In this document: one piece after another, positions 12,737 through 24,188 of the stretch
How positions within the stretch are numbered: the stretch's first letter is position 1
How the letters are laid out: each line of letters opens with the position of its first letter
Assembly (NCBI GenBank): GCA_013239625.1
Contig: MU056029.1
Location: 930,001-994,000, forward strand
DNA length: 64,000 bases
Direction of reading: 5' to 3'
Source of the DNA: Lama guanicoe
Taxonomy: Eukaryota
Notes under the pieces: model-generated
Told to the model about the DNA's origin: nothing
Database searches by the model: none
Seen by the model: only the letters and a program-made list of their open reading frames with translations
Position numbers and translations under genes: made by a program

Positions 12737-13309
12737 TGTCCCCTTTTCTGATGGTACAAAAATATCCAAATCACCATAAAGAAACAAGTGAGTGCTGTGA
12801 CGAATGGACACTCCTGAAGATTCTGGTGGAGTAGCTGAAGACCACGCCCGGATACAGTCTCGCCCAGTCTGGGCCCTGGCAGGAGGCCTCCTTCTTAGGA
12901 TCTGCGTTTAGGATAAGCTTAAGTCCCTTCTCACACTGGAGCCAAACTTTAAAATAACATTTTATCCTGTGCTAAATACAGCTTCAGACTTTCCATGATC
13001 ACGCCAGGGGTCCATGTGATTCGTTGGTCTGCCGTGAAACGTTCATGGAGCAGGTCTGTGGCTGGCACCAGATGTGCAAGGGATGAGGTGAGGAGAGAAG
13101 ACTGGGGGCTTGTGCTCATCCCGGAGCAGTGTCAGGACCGCAGAAGGGGTGGCTCCAGACCCCAAAGTGGCCCACGCACAGGAGCGGCTGCAAATACCCT
13201 GGGGCCACTCGGGCTCCGGCACCAAAAAAGACTCAGAGGTTGCCTGCCCCAAAGTGTGGGAATACCGTTCAGTTCTGCTCGGGGAAGGAGAGGTGTGGCC
13301 ATCAGGAGG

Positions 13310-13965
13310 TTGCCCCTTCCTCCCCAGAGTGCAATACCTGACATGCAAAAGGGACTCCGAAAATGTAATTAAGATTATGGCCCTTAAAATAGAGAGATTA
13401 GCCTGAATTATTCAGATGGGCCCAATCTAACCTAGGAGACCTTGAAAATAGAGAACTTTCTGCAGCTGGAAGCAGAAAAGAAAATGAGAAAGATGGGAGT
13501 GGGGGAAATGGGGGAAGTACACAGATACATATATGCTTCTGTAAGAATAAAACACTGTTGAAATTAGGAAAAAAAAAAAGAAAGAAAGAAAGATGCAGCA
13601 GAAGTTGAAAACCAGACAGATTTGAAGTGCAGGAAGACCTGGGTTCGCCCTTGACTGAGGGGACTGCAGCCTCTGGGAGCAAAGATGGCAGCCAGCTAGA
13701 CAACGGGGCCTCAGTCCAACAACCACAAGGAACCATGGGCAGCAACCTCAATCAATCTGGGGACAGATTTATGCCCAGTGTCTCCAAAAGGGAACACAGC
13801 CCAACTGGACCCTTGCTGCAGCCTCCTCAGACCCTCAGCAAGGAACCCAACCGAGCCCCACTGCACCCAGACGTCCCACTGTCCCTCCCATTGTGAGGCA
13901 ATCTTTGCGTGTTGTCTTAGGTGGCGGTGTTTGTGGTCATTTGTTACGGCAGCAATCCTAACTCC
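13310..13965 (+). mobile_element. MLT1 (MaLR) LTR with an internal ~90-nt insertion
   Basis: gtaattaagattatggcccttaaaatagagagatta...gggcccaatctaa and a terminal gtggtcatttgttacggcagcaat, typical of MLT1. Confidence 0.75.
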
Positions 13966-15448
13966 TCTAGGAGGGAGCAGGGAGCATTTCGGGGGGGCTT
14001 GCATTTGAATTGGGCCTCAAAGAATGAGGAGGAAGTTCTCAGACAAAGGCTTGAAGCATGACTCAGGTGTTTTGAGAAGGGCCGGCTAGGTGAGTGGGAC
14101 TCAAGTCCTGAAGAGAATGGAGACACACACTCAATTCCTGGCACGAGCTAAGCTGGAAATGGAGGAGAGAACTGTCATTCTTAACGCTGCCACCATCATC
14201 TGCCTGTCACCTTTGGTTACCGGAAGGTCTACCTGGAGATGGATGGGAAGCAGATCAGAGTCAAGCCATTAAAGGAGTTTCACCTTTACCCTTTAGGTAA
14301 TGAGAAATAGAAGTGATTTCTAGGTTACAAAGTGACATATTTCTGAAGCCCCGCTTAAGCGGCAGGATGAGGAATAAAAGATGGATTTGAGAGGAGAGAG
14401 GGAAGAGGGGGAAGGTAGTTGGAGTCCCCGGCACTGGTCTCCGTTCCCTTTAGGGCAGCCTGGGAGAGAAACGCCAGGAGGCGCTACCTGCCCCCCACCA
14501 GCCACTGAAACCCATCCCAGCATCTCCTCTAGGCCACGCCAGACCCCTGGCATGTCCACAGCAGCGAAGATGCTCTGACACCACCTGGTCCAGTCTGTGT
14601 CCCTGCAGTTAAGAGGGTGGGAAAGGAGTGCAGTTCCTCACCACCCTGCTCCCACCTGGTCTCCTGGCCCTTCCCGAGCTTCCTTCAGACACACTTGCAA
14701 GGTCCACACAGGGCGCTGCAGCATTAGCCTGGGTTGTGCCCAGTGTCCCCGCGTGACGAGTGAGGAGTGCCCAGTGGGGATGGACCGCGGTCTGCGGTCT
14801 CCCGTAGCCAGCCCGCCGGGGATGCTGGGCCGTGCAGATGGACCAAGAGAACAGCGTACTCACTGGGGAGAGGGCTTCTCAGGGAGACTCGCGCTTGGGC
14901 AAGGAGCAGAGCACTGACAGAACAACACTAGAGCTTTGTTCTTTATTTTAAATTCACTGGAGGGAAAAATTCAAATGGGGCTTGGATCTTGAAAATACTA
15001 AGAACGGTAGACCTTTCTAAGAGTTTGCAACTAGCCTATTTCTGTTCTTTTTGTTACCTTGTCCTCGAATGTTTAGCTGCAAGACTCTCATAACAGAAAA
15101 CTCTTTTTTCTTGTTTTGAGGATCGATGAAGCATCCGGTGGTTTGGAGATTGAGTCACGTGGGAGGAGCAGCCTGACAGGTAAATGAAGGTGTGGCTGAA
15201 ACAGGACAGCAAAGGCAAGGCCAGCCACGCAGCAGGCACAGCAGGCCCCCCGCAGAGACCCCCGGGGCTGTGCGCATGCTGGGGTCCCGGGAAGCAGCCA
15301 CTGTCCCTAAGAACCTGCTTCGGAAGCTGCGGTCAGCTCGCTCCTAAGGCAAAAAGGAGGCGAGCGTGATGGGGTCAGAAGAGCTGGCTTTTACACTGAG
15401 GAGAGTTGAAAGCAAGATTGGAGCAGAAAGAAGGCTCTGTTTGTTTAA

Positions 15449-15596
15449 CTTTTTTTTTTTTTTTTACTTTATTGCATTGGAGGCGGTAGAGGTAATTAGG
15501 TTTATTTATTTGTTTTTTAATGGAGGTACTAGGGGTTGAACCCGGTACCTTGTGTATGCCAAGCACGCGCTCTACAACTGAGCTTTACCCTCCCCC
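15449..15596 (-). mobile_element. tRNA-derived SINE (Vic-1-like)
   Basis: Reverse complement of the GGGGAGGGTATAGCTCAGTGGTAGAG...GGTTCAANCCCCAGTACCTCC...AAACCTAATTACCTC family, with poly-T on plus. Confidence 0.9.
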
Positions 15597-15867
15597 TCTC
15601 CTCTTCTCTTTATCCCTCTGTCCCCTGCCCCCCACCTCCCGCACCTTCCTGGTGCCTTATGCCACAGGAGCTCAGGGTCCTCCTGCAGAGGGAGCCAACC
15701 AGGGCAAGCCTGTTGACTCAGTTATTTTAGGACCGTGGTGCACATGTGGGACACCCCACCACAATCCTGATTTTTCCATCATGGCAGAAAACATACTAGG
15801 TTATCACTTAAAGAGATTTAATAAATCGAGATCATTTATCAAACTAGCTCAGTTAGATTTAATTTAA

Positions 15868-16010
15868 CTTTTGTTTGTTTTGTTTTTGCTTTTTGGGGGG
15901 GAGATAATTAAGGTTACTTATTTGATGGAGGCACTGGGGATTGAACCCAGGACCTCGTGTATGCTAAGCACACGCTCTACCACTGAGCTCTACCCAGCCC
16001 CGCCACCCAA
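15868..16010 (-). mobile_element. tRNA-derived SINE (Vic-1-like)
   Basis: Same family. Perfect 15-bp TSD ttagatttaatttaa at 15853-15867 and 16011-16025. Confidence 0.92.
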
Positions 16011-16637
16011 TTAGATTTAATTTAAATGTCCAACATTTAAACAGAGTTACTTAAATGGTGAGCTAATATGTTTAAAAATAAAATTTATCTTAAGTTGAGT
16101 CACAAAATAACCAAAGGGGGAAGATGCTTGTTTTTTTTAAGTCATAATGTAGAATTTATTCTTCTTAATGGTAACCGATTCTTAATGGTAACATATTAAT
16201 TCAACCCTCAGAAGACTGAAATTGTTTTCCTGAAGGCAGAAAAAAGAGGAAGCACTATTTAGCTCTGAAAATCTCTACATTCTACGTAGCAGTACACGAA
16301 GTACAACACTGCCGTGGGGGGAGGGCCCAGTCCTCCACTCGGGAAGGGGTGCGTCTCACTGGAAAGCACACAAAGGCTCTGGGTCCTTCCTCCTGGGTGT
16401 GCGTGCAAAGCCCCACCGCACACCTGCCCCGGGCCCTGCCCTGTGCTCCTGCCATAAGAGATGGTCGTTGCTAAGTAACAGGGGTCTAGCAGATGAGAGC
16501 TTCAAACTGTCAGCAAATACAGCTTCTAAAGTATCACACATTGCCCTTTATGCACGTTTTAAAATACATGTCGACAATACCATTTCTCTTTCTAGTTATC
16601 AAAAATCCCATATGCAAAGCTCCTTTTATCCAGATCT

Positions 16638-16722
16638 GGGGGAACGGGGAGGGGACAGTTCAGTGGAAGAGCACATGTTTGGCAAGCATGAGGTCCTGGG
16701 CTCAATCCCCAGTACCTCTATA
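16638..16722 (+). mobile_element. tRNA-derived SINE head whose tail expanded into a purine microsatellite
   Basis: ggggaggggacagttcagtggaagagcacatg...aggtcctgggctcaatccccagtacctc. Confidence 0.88.
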
Positions 16723-16830
16723 AGAAGAAAGAAGAAAGGAAAGAAAGAAAGGAAAGAAAGAAAAGAAAAGAGAAGAAAAGAAAAGAAAAGAAAAGAAAAG
16801 AAAAGAAAAGAAAAGAAAAGAAAAGAAAAA

Positions 16831-16862
<32 letters not shown>

Positions 16863-16873
16863 GAAAGGGAGAA

Positions 16874-16907
<34 letters not shown>

Positions 16908-17005
16908 AAAGAAAGAAAGAAGGAAAGGAGGAAGGAAAGAAGGAAAGAAGGAAAGAAGGAAAGAAAGAAAGAAAAAAGAAAAGAAAAGAAAGCAAGAAAG
17001 CAAAA
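16723..17005 (+). repeat. Compound (GAAA)n/(GAAAA)n/(GA)n/(GGAA)n purine tract, ~280 bp
   Basis: Directly visible; almost entirely A/G. Confidence 0.97.
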
Positions 17006-19300
17006 TCTAGAGGCTGATAATGACTGTATAGAACAGAAACATTAAATAAAGACATGTCTTTTCTTAAAGGAGTACTTTGTATCACGTTTACTAGGTTGGA
17101 CTTTGATGGTTCTAATGACTCAGTGTCTCACGCGAATTTATAAAAAGGTGTGTTTATGAACTGTCCCCTCTTCCCTCTAGGACAGTGAGAAAACACGTGG
17201 GTGCAGTGGGACCTAACTGATGACAAACACCACTCATTCGTGGACGCGCATTCTCTGAGCACTTCCCACGTCCCAGCCAGGGTGCACACATTTTGGCGGA
17301 TGCAGAGAACAGAGGGTGCCTAGGAGAGGGCATGGTGGCCCCATGAAATGCGACCAGCACAGGGCGTGCGCCCTGGAGGCTGGGAGAACAGGGGCAAGAC
17401 CCGCGTCCTGGAGCGGGGAGTGACAGAGGCGGGACGGGAACAAGCAGTAGGAAAATGAGGACAACATCGTGGAGTAGGCGCCCGGCTCAGGTCTTGAAGG
17501 AGGGGAAGACGTGGAGGAGAAGAGAGGGTTCTGGGAAGAGAGACTCAAAGGCCAGGAGACCATGAGGCGTGCGGTGATTCCAGGAAGCCGCAGGGAGAGT
17601 GAGGACACCAGAAGGAAGGTCAACTGAGCGTTGAGTTGATTTTTCAAGATTTGCTGACAAATCTGTATTAATCAGTATCCTGTCTTCCCTCGTCCCTTGT
17701 GGCCAGTTTGGGGCATTTGGGAAAGGACTTGAGGAGGATGGGGTCTCAGTCTGCGCCCTTGGATTGTCATGAAGGAAATCCACTTGAGGGAAACCAAACT
17801 CAGCATCATCAGTGTTTACAAAAGCGGGGTGCTCCCGGCGCTCTGACACCGTGGCTGCCGTGCGGCTGTTTGCCACGGTCCCGCCACTCCATTTCAGAGC
17901 GAGTGAGCAGCTCCGATGACTCAGTCACGCTGAAAGGAAGCCATTCGAGCAATCTAGTTCGGCTGCTTATGACACAGTTTTACATCTGCATTGTTTTCAT
18001 TTAAACGTGAAACCCACGTGTAGAAAATTTCCACCAAAATTACTAGAAGGTGGGTTTTCTTTCCCTGAAAGAACGAAAGACTATCAAAATCTGTTAAACC
18101 GTAGAAACTGAACATTGTAAACAAATATTTCCAGAAAAGATGATACTCTTTCCCTATCTAGAATTTAACTCTTAAAACAGATGGAGGTGACTGTGGGTGA
18201 AACACACAACTGAAATGCCCCGTGTAGAATGGCAGCTGAGGACGCGTGATTTCTGAAGCATTTCATGGATCCTCCTTATTCTGGGGACTTTGTCTCATAT
18301 CCAGGATAATTAGCCTCATTGATTTCCACGTGGTTTTTCTTCCTGCCCTGTAACCTGGACACATGCAAACATTCAAAGATGACAAACATCTCGTGTGGAA
18401 TGCATCCCAGAGGGACTCGCTTTATTCAAGAATCTGTCACCAGACTGGCACATTGGTGATGTCTCATTTCCTCCTTACCTTCAAGCTTCAAAACAAGTAA
18501 AATACTCTAGTTTTAGGAAAATACGATGTATCGTATGAGGAATGATGTCAAGCCTGCAGCGCTGAATCCTTGGCAAGAATGATGACTTTCTGCCACTTCA
18601 TGAAATTCAAATACCATTTGGTCAATTTGTGAAATATCACAAGGCTTGTAACCATAATACCTGCATTGCAACCAAGGACTAAGTCTTGGGTACAGAAGCA
18701 ACTGAGGAACAAACAGAGGTTAAGCATGCGTAAATTAAGGTCAAGATTTTCATCACACTGCCAGTCTGAAGGGAAATTAAGTGACCGTGTGATGATGAAT
18801 TAAGTACTAAGTTAAAACAGAGTTCAGCCACTAAGTGTAAGGAAGACCTACTCCTGGTTTGACAGTGGGGTCAGCAGTCCCGTGGTCCCAAAGGCAGCTG
18901 CTGGTGGCATAGGTCGTCTTGGTGGCTGACAGGGCCCCTGAGGACACTGCCCTGACATCATGTTCAGGACACAAGGGCAGTGGTCTCAGGAGAGACAATG
19001 ACAGCCCAAGCCCTTCCTGTCACCCAGGGTCCATCTGCAGCCCCCAAGCCTCGGGGCTCCCGTGTAGGGCAGAGGGGCTCTCTGAGGCCATTGCTGGCTG
19101 CACTGACACACAGCCCCGAGACACAGCCCCAAGAGAATGAGTGAATAATTGTAATTACAAAGGACTCCAGAAGCTGCTGGCCTGTGCCGTTCTGCATTAA
19201 ATTTGTGATTCTTTTCTCACTTTCTTTTCATTCATCTGTACCATCTGACAGAAAAAAAAAAACCCAAAACACCAAACAAACAAAAGAAAATTTTAAAACA

Positions 19301-19422
19301 GGGAGGATATAGCTGAGTGGTAGAGCATGTACCTAGCACGCACAGGGTCCTGGGTTCAATGCCCAGCACCTCCATCCAAATAAACAAATACCTACTTAGC
19401 TCCCCCAAACAAACAAAAAAAC
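19301..19422 (+). mobile_element. tRNA-derived SINE (Vic-1-like)
   Basis: gggaggatatagctgagtggtagagcatg...ggttcaatgcccagcacctcc plus an A-rich tail. Confidence 0.9.
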
Positions 19423-20873
19423 CACACATCTGTACCATGTGGTATGAACTTTTGGGGGGTTCATCTCTACTTTAAAATTATCACTGAATTCTTAGGAGTA
19501 GTCAGCCACAAATCTTCCTGTTTATCTTTGAGAGCATCAAATATACATTTACAACTAGCAGACGTGCAGGTGGATGTTAACGTCAAACCGTCAGGGCTGA
19601 TATCTACAATTACAGGTTTTTTAAAATGTGAGTATGTTAAAGGCTTTAACAAAACTGCTGGGAAAACAAAGAAGTTTTCAGAAAAACAATCAAAAATGGA
19701 CTCACAAATTTCCCTCTGCATCTGATTTATAACATATTATAATGTATATTTCTACAAGCTGCTTAATTTTCTCTGTGGATATATAGAGGTTTGGGTGTTG
19801 TCTCTTTTTGTTTTAAAATATAAGCTTCACATACAAAAAGGTATTTCTGTAGCACAACAATTCAACCTTTCTAAAAGAGCTTCATTTAGAAGAAAAGAAA
19901 GAAATTTGTAATCCATTTAAATAATGAGGGAATTTGGAAGAGCAGCACCGTATGTGCATGTGTCTGTGTGATGGAAACAATAATGATACGATGAATTCCA
20001 GTTGCCTTGGAAACAGCATGACCGAAGCATATTGTGTATTCATAGTAAGAGGTGGGCCTATTTAGAAACATACCAGTATAGTACAAAGTCTACTTTCCAG
20101 GAAGAAATTCGTATCACGTTGCCTGTGGAAGCCTGATTTTATTCACAGATCCTGGTTTCTCCGACCAGCTCTATGTACATTTTGCTGAAAGGATGGGAAC
20201 TACTCAGAGCCATTCATTCATTCATGAACGTCTGGGGACCTCTTCTGGGGCCACGGACACAACGCTGCTCCTGGGTGGTGCTTTGCTGCTGCAGAGCCCC
20301 AGGCCCGCCACACACCAAGAGCCCCACGAAGAAGAAGGAGACCTTACGGGCTTGAGAAATCAGTAAGTTTAGCAAGAAGAATTTAAAAACAAAGAAGTGG
20401 AAGGACCAGCCCAGCAGGGAGATGGGTGGAAGTGTATTTCTGAGGACTTGAAAGGAAGCAAGAGATAGAAAGATAAAGACAAAAGTTTTATAGAAACAAT
20501 AGTGTGCTGTCACCGAGGTACTGTTTATAATCATGATAACATATTGCTTTTATTTAAAAAAACTACACTGAAACGACATCGAATTGCAAAGTTAGTAGTT
20601 GGAAGGGTGTAGAGAGTAAGCTGAGGTGGGCTGGAGGGGGACCTAACTGAAGCCCTCCTCTGGGTACGGAGCCCATGGGACCTAGAGCAGGGTCTGCTGG
20701 CCCTGGCATCCTGCTGAACACATCCACGGGAGCCCTGGGACAGCCACTGCTCCTGCCTTGCACTGGGGACCATGGCGGCCGACCAGAGGATGGACAGCAG
20801 AGGGGCTGCGGCATGCTGGGTAATCACATCTGTAACTGGACCACTAAAGGAATACTACAATGCTGTGAAAAAT

Positions 20874-20961
20874 ATTTTTAAAATGGAGGTACTGGGGATT
20901 GAACCCAGGACCTTGTGCATGCTAGGCATGGACACTACCACTGAGATATAGTCTCCCCCTG
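20874..20961 (-). mobile_element. Short tRNA-derived SINE (Vic-1-like)
   Basis: Same family. TSD gtgaaaaat at 20865-20873 and 20962-20970. Confidence 0.9.
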
Positions 20962-21177
20962 GTGAAAAATGCCTTTGTTTGTCAAGTTTAGGTCCCATGC
21001 CCCAGAGTTTCATTCATTCTAATCTCCACATGTCTTTTTCTTTTCACAGGAAACTGGGAAGCTCTTGGCTTCTCCAACTTCTGCACTGATTTTGGTTTTA
21101 TATCCAACTCGGTGACTTGCAGAGGCAACACTGCAGGCTGTGACCCACAAGCCCACATGCCTGAGACCCAAAGGTCA

Positions 21178-21552
<375 letters not shown>

Positions 21553-21631
21553 TCACCTCTCACTCTCCTTCTTTATTTTCTCAAACAGCTTGAAGTCGTT
21601 GGAAATAATGGACTGAATATTATTGGGCGAT

Positions 21632-21862
21632 CAACTATATTCAATACCTTGCAGTAACCTATAATGAAAAAGAATATGAAAAGGAATATATGTGTATATA
21701 TATATATATATCTATATATATATATGTATGACTGAAACATTATGCTGAACCCCAGAAATTGACACCTTGTAACTGACTATACTGAAAACTGACCATAGTA
21801 CAAACACCATGCTGCACACAAGAAACTGACACACGTAAACTGACTATGCTTCAGTAAAAAAA
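21632..21862 (+). mobile_element. Two tandem young L1 3' termini with an internal (TA)n
   Basis: aactatattcaataccttg...gtaactgactatact, then atgctgcacacaagaaactgacacacgtaaactgactatgcttcagtaaaaaaa. Confidence 0.85.
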
Positions 21863-23495
21863 TGCAATAGAATACAAAATGTATTGTGTGGTCTGCAGGT
21901 CACACTGCAGGCAGGGAGCTGACTTCTTTTAAGCCCAAGGCAACACCTCCCAGCACACCTGGCCTGTGGATGAGGAAGGGTTGGAGCAAAGCAGAGGCTG
22001 TTCTGCCTGAAAGCTGGAGGAAATAAAAATAAACCCATGGTTCATCATAAAACACTACATGCCTGGATGAGAAGTTCCGGGAAGAATGAATCTATGAAGA
22101 ATCTAAGAAAGCATGATGGGAGAGGCAAGGCCATGAGTGGGGATCCATGATCCTGACCATCAGAAGAAAACGGCTCTTCCTGTTAGCTAGTTAAATGAGT
22201 GAGAGCCCCAGGCAGACAGGTGGAGGTGTGCCCGCCTCCAGCACAGAGCGGCTTTACCTCCTCTAAGTGAGTGCCAGCAAGAAACCGGTTAGGACCTGAC
22301 AGCCACAACTGCATGGGAGCGACAAGGACCTAACTGGACGTAACCCAGTGCTTATTGTGATATCGTTAGCATTGTGGTTTAGGACCCACCCACCCCTGGT
22401 TTTTCCTGTGTGCATCATGGGTAAGGACATGTGCAAAAGGGGACAGACATGACTAAGCACTCCAAGGACAAGAGCCATCAATCACTCAAGAGACCACCTC
22501 TAAGTGAGGGTCTAAGAGAAGGTACAAAGACCACTGCCATCTGCCCTCGGATCAGCCCGCCGCCAGTTCTTGCAGGTGTACTTTGGCTCTACTAATATAA
22601 TCTTTAAAATCTTTCACAACACAGCACTTAAGTCTCCTGTCTGAATTCTTCTTTTTCAGGTAAGACAAGAACCGAGGCCTTTTTCCTTTCCCCCTTTGGA
22701 GTGACACTGCCACGAGGCCATATGAAGCAAGGGGAATGAGGCAATGACTTAAAACCATTCAGGACATGATCCAGCCCTGAGTGCAAAGACGGGGAATGTC
22801 TGAGTGAAGCCTCTGGGAACAGATGACCTCACAGAGTGACTTCCCTTCTCAACTAAGACAGAGGGTACATAATATGCTCAGGACAGGTCACGGGTTAATG
22901 ATTTGACTCAAAGCACGGCATCTTACCATGCTCTCAGGCAACTGATCAGATCCTAGGGTTTTTTTCCCTTTCATGTCATTATTTTCAATTCTCTAGATAG
23001 TATCGTGTGAATAATCTCATTTTTCCCTAATGGAGCTAAGTTTTATCTCTAACAACAAGCAAGGAACAAACTTTGTAATTCTCCCGTAGCACTGGGCATG
23101 TTCTTGGTGAACAAAGATTCCACATCGATGACCTGAAGTCACAGAGAGCAGAGGACACGCTGGCTGGTGACGTGACCAGAGCTTGCTGAGCTGAGTGAAG
23201 CCACACACACGTGGGGGAACGGGCTGTACCACTCACTTCTTTGTGGCACGGGCATTACTGAAGCTGGCCTGCTCTTTCTGACACAGTACTTTTGAAATAT
23301 TAAGATGCCTCCCCAAAGCAAGGCAGCTTCAAAGAGTCAGCTCTTTTCTACCCAGGCAGCTCATGCCATGGAATGCGATTACTCACGTGCCTTCCAGGAC
23401 CCAAAGGAGAGGGTCACTGCTAGTCAGGCCTTCCCTCAAAAAGGTGAGAGCCTCAGCCATGGTCCTTTGGTCACAGTAACTCAAAAAACCAACGA

Positions 23496-24188
23496 TGTCA
23501 CCAAGGCCAGAAGATCATGCAGGCCCAAGAGGTTGAATCCCCCTCCGCACAGTCTCACCAGACCATTTCTCCAACTCCCCAGACCCCCACCCAACTCTCC
23601 GGGAGAGGGGGTGGGTTTGTTAAACATCTTACTTTGATGCCCTCTGGATTCCCATACCACCCTTGGAGGAGTGCCAGGCCGCAGAGCTCCCTGCACTCAC
23701 GCCCTCTGGAGAAGATGTAACCGAGCAGGACCCCGTGGGGTCTTCCCGGGACAGACCCCTCCGCCACATCCTCTGCTGCAGCTCCTCTCTGAAGGACCCA
23801 GATACTAGTATCTCATATAGATTTCCTGAGTGTTTCACATGCTGAAAGCCACCACCAAAAGGAAGAAATTAACTGCTTGATTGAGAGCACGTGGCCCCCA
23901 GACCTTCTGGCACCCGGGGGTTGACAGTGTTAATGCCCTGTGACCCCAACATCAACCAATCAGAGGACTGTGCGCCAGCTCATCAGGTGCCCTGCGACAC
24001 CCCCTCCCTCACCTGCCTTTAAATATGCTTTGCTGAAACCCTTCGGGGAGTTTGGGGTTTTCTTGCACATAAGCCACCCCGTCCTCCTTGCTCGGCCCTG
24101 CAATAAACCTTTCTCTGCTCCAAACTCTGACGTTTCAGTTTGTTTGGCCTCATGGTGCGGCAGGTGCACGAACCTGCCTTCGGTAGCA
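23496..24188 (+). mobile_element. ERV1-type solo LTR in intron 7, antisense to GABRB3
   Basis: TGTCACC...GGTAGCA termini, aaccaatcag CCAAT box, tttaaat TATA-like element, caataaa. Imperfect TSD acga/aaga. Confidence 0.8.

Noticed and set aside
16399..17010. 203-aa Lys/Arg/Glu-rich ORF and its Phe/Leu/Ser-rich antisense ORFs
   Set aside because: Stop-free translation of a SINE plus purine microsatellite. The same applies to the ORFs over 52550-52800.
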